Below are positions 22,688 through 35,725 of a stretch of 43,750 bases of DNA, piece by piece; within the stretch, counting starts at the first letter, position 1, and every line of letters begins with the position of its first letter. Source of the stretch: Octopus bimaculoides (lineage: Eukaryota); NCBI RefSeq assembly GCF_001194135.2, contig NC_068996.1, positions 11,797,576 through 11,841,325 of the forward strand, in the 5' to 3' direction. The notes beneath the pieces were generated by a model. That model had not been told where the DNA came from and did no database searches. It worked only from the letters and a program-made list of their open reading frames with translations. The translations under genes were made by a program, and so were the position numbers.

Positions 22688-25600
22688 ACACATACACACA
22701 TATATATGTGTATGTATATATATACATACATACATACATACATACATACATACATACATACATACATACATACATACATACATACATACATACATACGTC
22801 TATGTGTCTATGTATGTATGATATCACATTTAGTTTTCTTTTCGAATTTAACCGGAAAACTCTTTGCTGAACATAGAATTATATCTTCTCAACCATGTAG
22901 GTTTCTTGTAGTTTGAACAATCAGGGTTTGATTCTATCTATATTTTTTCTATCTGTATAGTATTTGTGTGGGCTGCGCCATGCTGAGTAAATTTAAAATA
23001 GTATCATTATCAGATTCTGCATTGTATAACTGTTAATTCTACACAATTTCCGACAAGCTGAAAGATAAACAATCTAACAAGGATTATGTTAAATCTGAAA
23101 GTAAGTTATATAGTAAAATATACGGTCTTATCAAAAGTCATACTCCTATGCATAATCAGAAATTGGGTTAAAATAACTGGAATGTCAGCAATGCAATGAC
23201 ATTTTTCTTTTACTATTTTCTCTGGAAAATAATTGTATTTTTCTTGCCAACAAGGGACCCTCTACGTAGTTGCTTGAATATAACAGCTAAATGACAGCTA
23301 GATCTTTTTCAAATCAGAGCCTACCGCCTTTTTAACAGGTGAAGTGCACAGCAGCAGATTATCGTAAGTACCCAAAAATAAACCCGGGTAGTCGTGGCTG
23401 GCTTGACTTTCATCATATGTTTATTCGATTAGTGTTGAAATGACTTATAAAACAAACCTCAATTATTACTGAAATCCCCGCGAATGTCAACTAGTGTAAT
23501 ATGGAATTTGTAGACAAGAAGTTGCAACCAAAGCGCCACGAAATCCTACCATACCTTTTTGAGAATAAGAGAGAGCGCTTTAGATATTGAAGTCCTAAAT
23601 AGCTTGACGAAATTTGTAAACACAAATATGTTACAAATATTTCAAGCAGAGTCAGAGCATTTAATGTAGAAAGAAACTCTCAAGGGAGCTGAGCAGCAGA
23701 AGTTTCTCAGAAAAGAAACCTCACTGCGGCAAGTCTTTTAGCCCTTGATTTCTTAATTCTCTAAGGGAGCCGGTCCGCATCCAGATTATCGCTCCTGGGA
23801 GCCCTTCTGCCGATACATTTTACTCAACTTTGAAACTTATACTTACAGAAAAAATAATACTAGTTGTCATGAAAGCGGTATAACGTTTTCAAATTAGTTC
23901 CTGTTATTTGCGACACCCTCTGTTGGGTATTACCGTTTCTTGCTCTCGTTCGAAACAATAGCAAGGATATTTGCTGCGTGGGTAAACTGTTGGCCTTCAA
24001 TAGAGAACTTGCCCTTGACTGCGACCTGAAGAGGACTAATAAAGGTCGACTTACCGCCTTGGCACAACCAGGAAGAAACAGCTGTCTTCTCCTTAGATGC
24101 CAACGTTTACTTCAGGATAACAGTAGTTATATACGAGTGAGTGAACAAACGAAAGAAAAGGCCACTCAACATATTTAGTAGGAATTATATGTATTATTTA
24201 AAACGATTTGATTCCGTTCCACGCTACTTCAATTTTTGCATGCTCCTAACAGGAGCCCAACTTTCCATTCGGTACTCCAAAAGCCTGAAGGGGTCGCGCT
24301 CCCCTGTTGGAGGAATGCGAAACTTGAAGTAGCATATTATATAACATTTCGTGTGCTTCGTTACGCAATTCAAAATATTTTGCTTGCAGACGGTAAAAAT
24401 ATGAATTTTGGATGGAATCTTTTCGAGCAGTATATTCATTTTCTCAGGAAAACTCAAAATTTTACACTTGTCGTAAATCTGTTCCTAAGATTTAACATAT
24501 TTTCGTGTCCAAAAAAGCATGCCTGCTTTCTGAAAAATTGTAGACAGCGAATTAATCGGTATTTAAATTTACTTTTAGTCAACCAAATCAACAAAAATGT
24601 TTGTATCATTTTCTTACTGCAAATAACTGCATATGTTATACAGTTCGTGGGACATTTTCCCGTATGCTTATGTATGTTTAAACATGATACGCTCGCTTTT
24701 ACAAGAATAAATCCGCATAATAGCATTTCTTAAAGAGATTAGTCTATAATTACAGAGAACTGCATCCCAGACGGTAATTCTCAAGGTTTCATTATAATAT
24801 ATTAACAATTCTTTGGCTCGTTATACCTTTGTTATTTTCTTTAAAAAAATCAAAAGAATAATATAAAATGTCTGAAAGAGAGAAAGCGATCGTTTAAAAT
24901 TTTTTTTTCAACTATACAATTTTTATTCTCTATTTTTAGATCAAATTTCACAAAAAAATGTTATAGCTAGATAAATATATTTGATATTATTTTACTAGGC
25001 TCACTCTTTGAATTACAACTGATACTTAACATTTACTCACATACACACACTCTCTCTCTTTATCTACCTATCTCACTCTCTCACACACATACACACACTC
25101 ACACATATATATAGGTATATATATATACGTATATATATATGCTGACAGATTATTCTATTAGTAACATTTTAATTTAAAAATCTGATGTTGTCCTTTAGTA
25201 TATTCTAATGTGTGCGTATATATATATATATATATATATAAGTTTCGATGCTTGAAATTAATTCGGATACATGATAACTGGCACCCCATCAAAGAGATGG
25301 TGTTTAAATGTTATTGCTGGTGTATGGCAAGTAAGGCAATTGTATTTTTATAGTTTTTGTATTTAGTATTACCGTTGCTGTTGAAGTCGTTGTTTTTGGT
25401 TGCTTTGTTATTTTGTCAGTTTTTTTTCTGTTTATTTTGTTCATTGTACGAAAATAGAAATAGATTGAAATTTGATAACCATATTGAAATTTGATCACAA
25501 TGACATGATTTATTGCATTGTAATAATTATCCAACAAATCTAATAAGAATATTTCAACGAATATATTGAAGACGAATGAGGGCGTATAAACGACAGAAAC

Positions 25601-25851
25601 ATTATACGATTTGGAACTGTTTGCTAAAGAATTATTTGGAAGGAAAGAGACATTTCAAACAGAAACTTAAATAATAATATAAAAATGGGTGAATTTTGTC
25701 TACTCACCGTCTCACGAGTGCTATTGGATTCGACGAGGTAGAACTGACAAGGTATCACAATCTCTGGTATGATATTCTATTTCAAGTATACATACATATG
25801 TACATGTGCAAATCTCGCTCGCTCTCTCTCTCCCTCTCTCTCTCTCTCTTT

Positions 25852-25896
<45 letters not shown>

Positions 25897-26479
25897 NNNN
25901 NNNNNNNNNNNNNNNNNNNNNNNNNNNNNNNNNNNNNNNNNNNNNNNNNNNNNNNNNNNNNNNNNNNNNNNNNNNNNNNNNNNNNNNNNNNNNNNNNNNN
26001 NNNNNNNNNNNNNNNNNNNNNNNNNNNNNNNNNNNNNNNNNNNNNNNNNNNNNNNNNNNNNNNNNNNNNNNNNNNNNNNNNNNNNNNNNNNNNNNNNNNN
26101 NNNNNNNNNNNNNNNNNNNNNNNNNNNNNNNNNNNNNNNNNNNNNNNNNNNNNNNNNNNNNNNNNNNNNNNNNNNNNNNNNNNNNNNNNNNNNNNNNNNN
26201 NNNNNNNNNNNNNNNNNNNNNNNNNNNNNNNNNNNNNNNNNNNNNNNNNNNNNNNNNNNNNNNNNNNNNNNNNNNATATATATATATATATATATATAAA
26301 GTTAAATATATTGATTCGTTTTCAGTACATAACACATCACTTTTCTTCTTGCAAAAATCAATAGATAGATACCATTAACTACAAATTTGTAGAATCAGGT
26401 TAAGGCAAACAAAATGCAAAAGATGCATTTAAATTGCCACTTTCATGAACTTCGTATTTTTGTGAGAGTGAGATCTCCG

Positions 26480-27700
26480 TCGAACGACCCAATAGTGGCG
26501 ACCCTGAGGAACTGCAGTTTTCATAGGTCTATGGTACAAATTGAGTGAAAGAAATAGTTTATATGCTCCTATGTTTTTGTCAAGCCACATCACGACCTCC
26601 AAAATAACATAATGAAGGAAACAAAGGAAGTGCTCAATGACGACCCAGAATGTCCTGAAACCTATGAAGAGCCAGATATTTAAAAAAACACAAACGCAAC
26701 CTATCCTAAAAATAGCACCAAAAGCAGGAAAGGCCCCAACGAAAACAGTTGAAACAGAATTATAGTGAAAAACAGAGATGGGGAAACAAGTGATGCAACC
26801 AAGAAAATTGATGAACTGAAGCACAAAACTAAAAGTAAAGTAGTGCTTTAGGTACAGAGCTTAAAAATATTTGCCATATCTTATTGTGCATTTCGGTAAG
26901 ACCGCAGTGGACTGTGAGCAGCCGCTTGTTAAAACACCAGAACGAAAAACTAAGAAGCACAAGGACAGAAACTAATAAAGTCCAGGTTATATGTAAATTT
27001 TATTTAAATGGCACCTGTTGGCATGGAGAAAGGAGAAAGGCCTGCAGATTTTCCCACCCCAAGTCTTATCAGAACAACAAGCAGGGTAACCACCCCAAAC
27101 AAGACCAGCAAAAACATAGAAGAGGTAAACCATCAAACATGGACCCGCACCAACAGGAAGTAACAAGTCTGAAAAGGCAATATGCAGTGGAGCTACGAAT
27201 TTTTTAACATGACCCAGAAGATAGTACAGCAGCTAAGATAGGTGTAAAGGAAACAAACTCAAATCCATGCATTTCAGTGCATAAGACCACCACACGTGAT
27301 GGAAGAAAGATAGCTACCACTAACACCAGTAACACCTACCGAGATATCACACCTATATTCTAATTAAACATCGGAGGTCTACATACCTCTTCACCTGGAT
27401 TCCTTAGTCTTCGATAAAGATTTCAGAATGTAAGTTCGAATCATCTGACTACTACAAGGCGTTTACTATACTAAATATCTCTGAATCTCATCTATTGACT
27501 ATATATATATATATATATATCATTATAAATATACAGGGATTAGCAATTGAGTTGCTTCTCCAACATACTGAAAATTTAGAAATAGCAGTCAAAGAACTAC
27601 TGATTCCAAACTACAAATTTTCTCCAAAGTGGATGGCGATATTTATGGCACACATAGAACAAAAAACCGGAGGGAAAAGCGTAAACAAGCCAAGCTTTTA
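26480..27700 (+). pseudogene. Decayed LINE 5' region: ORF1 CCCH finger and start of AP endonuclease
   Basis: CKFYLNGTCWHGERRKACRFSHPK (CCCH) near 26990-27062, then APE-like fragments NIGGL/NIQGL, LIPNY and MAIF. Interrupted by a 97-bp insert and a (TA)n run. Confidence 0.6.
26840..26936. repeat. 97-bp perfect inverted duplicate of 28797-28893
   Basis: Base-by-base comparison gives 97/97 identity in reverse complement. Confidence 0.95.
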
Positions 27701-28467
27701 TATATATATATCTGTATGTATTTATATATATATATATATATATCTGTATGTATTTATATATATATATATATATATATATGTATTATGTATGTATGTATGT
27801 ATGTATGTATGTATGTATGTATGTATGTATGTACCATATGTGATTGTGCTGAATTCGTTGCAGTGCAGTCCGAAATAAACTTATTTTCTTGTCTACTCTC
27901 ATGCAGAACACTTTCTTGAAACTGCATCCCGGAAGCATATTGGTAAATATTACTGATTGCTACAAACATAACTAATATAGAATATATATTAATACTCTAT
28001 GTAGTAATACGTCTACAACTCTAGGCTTCAAAGAATATATATATATAAATGTATATATTATAAGCCGTCTTGGTCTGTGACCAATAGGAAACTTTAGAAA
28101 TGGAGGTGTATTGATCCCCCAATTACCCCTGGTTTGTTTGTCATACGCATATATATGCACATATATTTACATATATTATACATATATTTATATATACAGA
28201 TATGTATATAATATTTGTATCTGATATAACAAACGCCAAAATAGTAGTATTCGATATATGAGAATAAATATTTTTACTCTATTTTGTCCTGATAGCGTCA
28301 GCATAGCGTCTCAATATATCAGTTACATGTTGTACATCTGTGCTTATACACATATACATACACACACACACATGTACTCAGAATAACATACTGTACATTA
28401 ATCTACATAAATACACACCCATACATCTGCGTAAACATACACAAATATACGCATTTACATTTTTAAA

Positions 28468-28667
28468 ATGAGGAAAAGCCATACAGGATTAAATGGAAGC
28501 TTCTGAAACAGCCTGAACCATACCTCAACAAGAGTAGACGATGCAAATTCACTTAACGGGAAAGGCATGAATCTTAAAAATTCTCCTGATCCGGGCGCCT
28601 TCTTAAATTCCAAAGTAAAGTGTTTAGTCGATGTCCCCACAAGAGAAAATTCATGATGGGGCCATGA
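28468..28667 (+). pseudogene. Penelope-like element C-terminal (GIY-YIG side) remnant
   Basis: KPYRIKWKLLKQPEPYLNKSRRC, then frameshifted LLNSK and FSRCPHKRKFMMGP*. This resembles the IxWxIL...C...LLN...SxCxHxRKF tail of PLE ORFs. Confidence 0.65.
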
Positions 28668-29689
28668 GATTCCCTGCTTCCTGAACAGTGAACGGAGATC
28701 GTATATAAACTGAATCGTTCCGGACACAATCCGAAAAGAATGCTAAAAGAAAGCGTTCAATTTGATGGAATATTTACATCTTTCTTGTAAATCAGATGTT
28801 TTAACAAGCGGCTGCTCACAGTCCACTGCGGTCTTACCGAAATGCACAATAAGATATGGCAAATATTTTTAAGCTCTGTACCTAAAGCACTACAGTTAAA
28901 CCACTATGTCCGTTCCCCTACCAAACTATTTCACCGTGCTGTTTTGTAGAAAAATGCACATGTCTTTAATCTGTCAACATAATATTTCAGTTTGAACGTT
29001 TTCATTTTGATGTCACATTCCAACGGACAGTTTGTTGATAGGAAGATAATTTACTTAGTATCTGAAATGCACTTAAAAATTCTTTGATATTGACGGCGAA
29101 ATACCTGCGATATATATATATACATATATATANNNNNNNNNNNNNNNNNNNNNNNNNNNNNNNNNNNNNNNNNNNNNNNNNNNNNNNNNNNNNNNNNNNN
29201 NNNNNNNNNNNNNNNNNNNNNNNNNNNNNNNNNNNNNNNNNNNNNNNNNNNNNNNNNNNNNNNNNNNNNNNNNNNNNNNNNNNNNNNNNNNNNNNNNNNN
29301 NNNNNNNNNNNNNNNNNNNNNNNNNNNNNNNNNNNNNNNNNNNNNNNNNNNNNNNNNNNNNNNNNNNNNNNNNNNNNNNNNNNNNNNNNNNNNNNNNNNN
29401 NNNNNNNNNNNNNNNNNNNNNNNNNNNNNNNNNNNNNNNNNNNNNNNNNNNNNNNNNNNNNNNNNNNNNNNNNNNNNNNGAAAGAAGCCTGTTGTATATA
29501 TGTATATATATGTATGTATATGGTACCATTAGTTTGGAAAGTGGAATTACACTGTATGTATATATATATATTTATATATACATACATTTTGTATGTATGT
29601 ATGTATGCTTGTATGATGTATGTCTGTTTGTGTATTTGTGTATACATATATATATATATATGTGTATATAAAACAAGAACAAGTAAAAA

Positions 29690-30110
29690 AAATGGCCCGC
29701 TAAAACATACACCCACTTACATTTTTTGTGAGCCCCTAAAAAAATTCCATTACGAAATAGTTGACACACCCAATTATTAAGTTTTTAAATACTGGACTAA
29801 ACTTTGAACCTTTGACATTTCCATTGTCAAAGCAAAGGATTAAATCCAAAAATAACTAAAACTTCTGACACATTCTATACCTCCCTAACAAAAGTGACAC
29901 ACCTAAAAATCCACATCTGCTCACAAAGTTCTACATATGTAAATAAATTATAAACAATAACATAACACCTAACTTAATCAATAAAAATTTCTACAAAACA
30001 TCTCTCCACAACAACCCACCCTAAAAACCTAATTGTCACTCCACTCACACCACATACCCGAAGATAATTTTAACTCAACAGATTCTATATAAAGTCAAGG
30101 TAAACTTCAA
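29690..30110 (+). mobile_element. Possible PLE-like ORF remnant
   Basis: C/A-rich decayed frame containing FLNTGLNFEPLTFPLSKQRIKSKI, reminiscent of the LxKGLNFxP motif upstream of PLE reverse transcriptases. Weak. Confidence 0.3.
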
Positions 30111-30285
30111 TGCATCGCTGCTCGACAAAGCCTCAACTGGCCGAAACATTGAAATCCCTTCCAATAATAATTTTGTTTAAGTAGAATAAATTTGTACTCT
30201 ACAAAAATAGAGAGTAACCCATCAGATTTATATAAAATTGTTTTTATTATAACTGAATACAAAAATACGGGCAAAATGCCTTGCG

Positions 30286-30451
30286 CCGAGAAAATGCTTA
30301 GCGGCATTTCATCCGTTCAAATTCCGCCAAAGTCGACTTTGCCTTTCATCTTTTCCCGGTCGATAAAATAGATTCCAGTTGGGCACTGGGGTAGATGTAA
30401 TGGGCTTGGCGCCACTCCCCAAAATTGCTGGCTTTATACCAAAATTTGAAA

Positions 30452-30453
<2 letters not shown>
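30286..30453 (+). mobile_element. SINE family B, degenerate, followed by (CA)n
   Basis: aaaatgcttagcggcatttc...gttcaaattccgcc...ccaaaatttgaaacc. Confidence 0.8.
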
Positions 30454-30519
<66 letters not shown>

Positions 30520-30596
30520 ACACATGTATCTAATAAACACAATATACGTTTTTAAACACTACTATTAGTTTAATGTGCTGAAAACTTACCAGACAC

Positions 30597-31283
30597 AATT
30601 TTTTAACACGTCTGGTGCCCTAGTACAATCTTCAAGCACTGCCCACATGGTATAACAATCTAAAAATGGAACGATAGAATGAGGGTAAAAGCGAGAAAAA
30701 TGTAGACATAAAAGGTGGAAGGTTGAAAAACAGGAAAACGAAAATGGAAACAGAAGCTAAGAATGTGGGAGAATTAGAGTTATTTCTTGTTAGGCCGTAA
30801 AATATAAGGCTGAAAAGATAGTGGAATTAGAGTCCGTGATACAGTTGTTCAATCCAGAAAGGGTGGAACTAACCAATTCGTCAACCTGGTCAAATGGACA
30901 AGTTCTTTAGTCTCAGCAATTACAATTGGGAGCGGGTTCTTGATGCTGTTCTCATGTAGTGATGCTTTTCATATTGAGGCAGCAGCTATATAATAATTTC
31001 ACTGAGTGCCTGTTAAATATTTTCCTGTACCTGTGATTATCTGGAAAATGTTTGTCTAAGAGCGACAGGAATGTTTTAAATATGTTACATTTTAAATTAA
31101 GGGAAAAGAGAGAGACGAACCTAGTTCTTTTCCTAGGTCTATTTTTTCAACCTTTCACCTTTTATATTTACTTGTTTCTCGCCATTTCCTACTTTCTCTC
31201 TCATCCTATCGAGCCATTTTCAGGTGTCATGCCATGTGGGCAGTGCTTGAAGATTCTGTTAGAAACGAGACCTGTTAAAAAAT
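30597..31283. repeat. Diverged inverted repeat pair, arms of about 140-155 bp
   Basis: 30597-30738 versus 31128-31283. A perfect 24-bp core ccatgtgggcagtgcttgaagatt lies at 31232-31255 and, reversed, at 30627-30650. Confidence 0.75.
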
Positions 31284-31910
31284 AGCACATAAAACATATA
31301 TTGTGTCCGTTAAATAATATTTATCTCTCACTAGATGGAGTACATCTTTTTGTTAATGTTACTATCACGAAACAGTACACAATATATATATATATATATA
31401 TATANNNNNNNNNNNNNNNNNNNNNNNNNNNNNNNNNNNNNNNNNNNNNNNNNNNNNNNNNNNNNNNNNNNNNNNNNNNNNNNNNNNNNNNNNNNNNNNN
31501 NNNNNNNNNNNNNNNNNNNNNNNNNNNNNNNNNNNNNNNNNNNNNNNNNNNNNNNNNNNNNNNNNNNNNNNNNNNNNNNNNNNNNNNNNNNNNNNNNNNN
31601 NNNNNNNNNNNNNNNNNNNNNNNNNNNNNNNNNNNNNNNNNNNNNNNNNNNNNNNNNNNNNNNNNNNNNNNNNNNNNNNNNNNNNNNNNNNNNNNNNNNN
31701 NNNNNNNNNNNNNNNNNNNNNNNNNNNNNNNNNNNNNNNNNNNNNNNNNNNNNNNNNNNNNNNNNNNNNNNNNNNNNNNNNNNNNNNNNNNNNNNNNNNN
31801 NNNNNNNNNNNNNNNNNNNNNNNNNNNNNNNNNNNNNNNNNNNNNNNNNNNNNNNNNNNNNNNNNNNNNNNNNNNNNNNNNNNNNNNNNGTGGGTGGGTG
31901 GGTTTACATG

Positions 31911-31956
<46 letters not shown>

Positions 31957-34004
31957 TAATATTATACGGCGCCTTATAAAATATGCATTGCAATTCCGCG
32001 TTTCATGCCTAATTAATTAGTTTATTAATCAATCATTTAACGAATTACTTCAGTCAACTCCTTGTGAATATTCAAATATAGAGAACTTCCGGTTGGCATT
32101 GGGTAGATTTAGAAGGGAGAAAACGAAGAAAACTGTTGGAAATTGGAAAAAGAAATAAATGGCGATGTTTTTTTAATTTAACAAATGTGAACATATAAGA
32201 ATTTATAACAAGGTTGATTTGAGATCAGGAACGGTATATGTTTCCATTAAAAGGAAATGAGTTCAGAAATATCAATTGACAATATATGTATAGGTATGTG
32301 GTATGTGCTAATGTATATGTGTATGTCTGTTTTTGTGTGTGTATGTGTGTACATACACACACACACACANNNNNNNNNNNNNNNNNNNNNNNNNNNNNNN
32401 NNNNNNNNNNNNNNNNNNNNNNNNNNNNNNNNNNNNNNNNNNNNNNNNNNNNNNNNNNNNNNNNNNNNNNNNNNNNNNNNNNNNNNNNNNNNNNNNNNNN
32501 NNNNNNNNNNNNNNNNNNNNNNNNNNNNNNNNNNNNNNNNNNNNNNNNNNNNNNNNNNNNNNNNNNNNNNNNNNNNNNNNNNNNNNNNNNNNNNNNNNNN
32601 NNNNNNNNNNNNNNNNNNNNNNNNNNNNNNNNNNNNNNNNNNNNNNNNNNNNNNNNNNNNNNNNNNNNNNNNNNNNNNNNNNNNNNNNNNNNNNNNNNNN
32701 NNNNNNNNNNNNNNNNNNNNNNNNNNNNNNNNNNNNNNNNNNNNNNNNNNNNNNNNNNNNNNNNNNNNNNNNNNNNNNNNNNNNNNNNNNNNNNNNNNNN
32801 NNNNNNNNNNNNNNNNNNNNNNNNNNNNNNNNNNNNNNNNNNNNNNNNNNNNNNNNNNNNNNNNNNNNNNNNNNNNNNNNNNNNNNNNNNNNNNNNNNNN
32901 NNNNNNNNNNNNNNNNNNNNNNNNNNNNNNNNNNNNNNNNNNNNNNNNNNNNNNNNNNNNNNNNNNNNNNNNNNNNNNNNNNNNNNNNNNNNNNNNNNNN
33001 NNNNNNNNNNNNNNNNNNNNNNNNNNNNNNNNNNNNNNNNNNNNNNNNNNNNNNNNNNNNNNNNNNNNNNNNNNNNNNNNNNNNNNNNNNNNNNNNNNNN
33101 NNNNNNNNNNNNNNNNNNNNNNNNNNNNNNNNNNNNNNNNNNNNNNNNNNNNNNNNNNNNNNNNNNNNNNNNNNCTTACATATTTACATATATATATTTA
33201 CATATATATATATACATATATAAATGTATGTGTGTGTGTCCAGATTAACACTTTACATATGTCTAAGTGTGTATGTGTGTACATACACACACACACACAC
33301 AAACAAACACATACACACACACAAACACATACACACACTGCATATACATACAATATACATACAACCATAAATAGATTAATTCCAAAAATTATAAGGGACG
33401 TTATGTTCCCTCTGCTTTATAGAAATATACCTTATATGAATTTTAAAATGGGTGAGTTTAATGCGCAGAACCGTTACTTTAGTGTTAGTAAAGTTTCACT
33501 GGAAACGCTTATAAAACTTCGGGGTGTTTTCTAACAAATTTAGTTATTGTGTCTTTGTAGCATAAAACTGAAAGTTTCATCGTTAGAACTTTTCTCATCT
33601 ATTCTTCTTGTGTGTTTTAAGGTTTCCAAAGATCTTCTGCTTGTTGTTGAAATAAATAGCATATTCTTTTAGATGACTGTTATGCAAATAACGTTGATAT
33701 AAAGAGCATGCGCATTTGACAGGAAGGGGAAGAGAGAGAACGGCCATTCGGAATAACGTACAGGACTATGACTAAAACTTAGTTTCTTTGAACCAGGATT
33801 TACTGGTTATCCATTACAATGGCAACAATGATTTATCTTATGTCTTTTGTGTTCCAGTCATTAGACTAAGGCCATTTTGGGATGGCACGTTGAATAAATT
33901 TCTGTTAAATGAACCGACCCCAGTAATTTTTTTTTTAAAGCCGGATACTTATTCAATCGATTTCAGAATATCCCTGTTTAATAAATTCATGCATGTATGA
34001 TTAC

Positions 34005-34418
34005 TCTTTTACTCTTTACTCTTTTACTTGTTTCAGTCATTTGACTGTGGCCATGCTGGAGTACCACCTTTAGTCGAACAAATCGACCCCAGGACTTATG
34101 TTTTGTAAGCATAGTACTTATTCTATCGGTCTCTTTTTGCCGAACTGCTAAGATACGGGAACGTAAACACACCAACATCGGTTGTTAAGCGATGTTGGGG
34201 GACAAACAGACACACAAACATATACACACACACGCATATATATATACATATACATATGCACGACGGGCTTCTTTCAATTTCCATCTACCAAATCCACTCA
34301 GAAAGCTTTGGTCGGCCCGAAGCTATAGTAGAAACCACTTGCCCAAGGTGCCACGCAGTGGGACTGAACCCGGAACCATGTGATTCGTAAGCAAGCTACT
34401 TACCACACAGCCACTCCT
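34005..34418 (-). mobile_element. SINE family C, full length
   Basis: Head aggagtggctgtgtggtaagtagc...gggttcagtcccactgcgtggcaccttgggcaagtgg with A-box, B-box and a CORE-like ccttgggcaag motif. Confidence 0.9.
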
Positions 34419-34650
34419 TAATAGAGAAATGCTCATTAAGTCTACGAAGTTCTTACTCGCAGTTAAAGGGGATTCACTACATTATCTTCGTGTTGTTTTG
34501 GAATTTGTGAGGCAAGATACTGATGTACCTCAGGCAACATAGTTGTGATCTAATTCTTCCTTCTACCTGTTCATTCTTCCTAACTTAGCTTTATTTCTCT
34601 TACCATAGCACTCCTTCTCACCATCTTACTACAGCGTTCTGTTTTTGTTA

Positions 34651-34985
34651 GCACTCCGTCGCTTACGAAGTTGAGGGTTCCAGTTGATCCGATCAACGGA
34701 ACTGCCTGCTCGTGAAATTAACGTGCAAGTGGCTAAGCACTCCACAGACACGTGTACTCTTAACGTAGTTCTCGGGGATATTCAGCGTGACACAGTGTGA
34801 CAAGGCTGACCCTTTGAATTACAGGCACAACAGAAACAGGAAGTAAGAGTGAGAGAAAGTTGTGGGGCGAAAGAGTATAGCAGGGTTCGCCACCATCCCC
34901 TGCCGGAGCCTCGTGGAGCCTTATGTGTTTTCGCTCAATAAACACTCACAACGCCCGGTCTGGGAATCGAAACCGCGATCCTATG
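34651..34985 (-). mobile_element. SINE family A, head cut by assembly gap
   Basis: Near-identical to 16320-16650 up to the N-run at 34986. Confidence 0.9.
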
Positions 34986-35554
34986 NNNNNNNNNNNNNNN
35001 NNNNNNNNNNNNNNNNNNNNNNNNNNNNNNNNNNNNNNNNNNNNNNNNNNNNNNNNNNNNNNNNNNNNNNNNNNNNNNNNNNNNNNNNNNNNNNNNNNNN
35101 NNNNNNNNNNNNNNNNNNNNNNNNNNNNNNNNNNNNNNNNNNNNNNNNNNNNNNNNNNNNNNNNNNNNNNNNNNNNNNNNNNNNNNNNNNNNNNNNNNNN
35201 NNNNNNNNNNNNNNNNNNNNNNNNNNNNNNNNNNNNNNNNNNNNNNNNNNNNNNNNNNNNNNNNNNNNNNNNNNNNNNNNNNNNNNNNNNNNNNNNNNNN
35301 NNNNNNNNNNNNNNNNNNNNNNNNNNNNNNNNNNNNNNNNNNNNNNNNNNNNNNNNNNNNNNNNNNNNNNNNNNNNNNNNNNNNNNNNNNNNNNNNNNNN
35401 NNNNNNNNNNNNNNNNNNNNNNNNNNNNNNNNNNNNNNNNNTATGTAGTTAAATTAAAGGTGACATCTCCGAAATTTTAGAAAGTTTAATAGTAATTTTA
35501 GAATATGTACAGGCATATATAAAATATACACATGAATATTTATATACATGTGTG

Positions 35555-35725
<171 letters not shown>

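Noticed and set aside
24236-24733. 165-aa plus-strand ORF
   Set aside because: No recognisable motif, AT-rich codons, no convincing splice context, and the antisense frames are broken by stops.
26429-26824. 131-aa hydrophobic minus-strand ORF
   Set aside because: It is the antisense of the A-rich LINE ORF1 remnant, and the hydrophobicity follows from T-rich codons.
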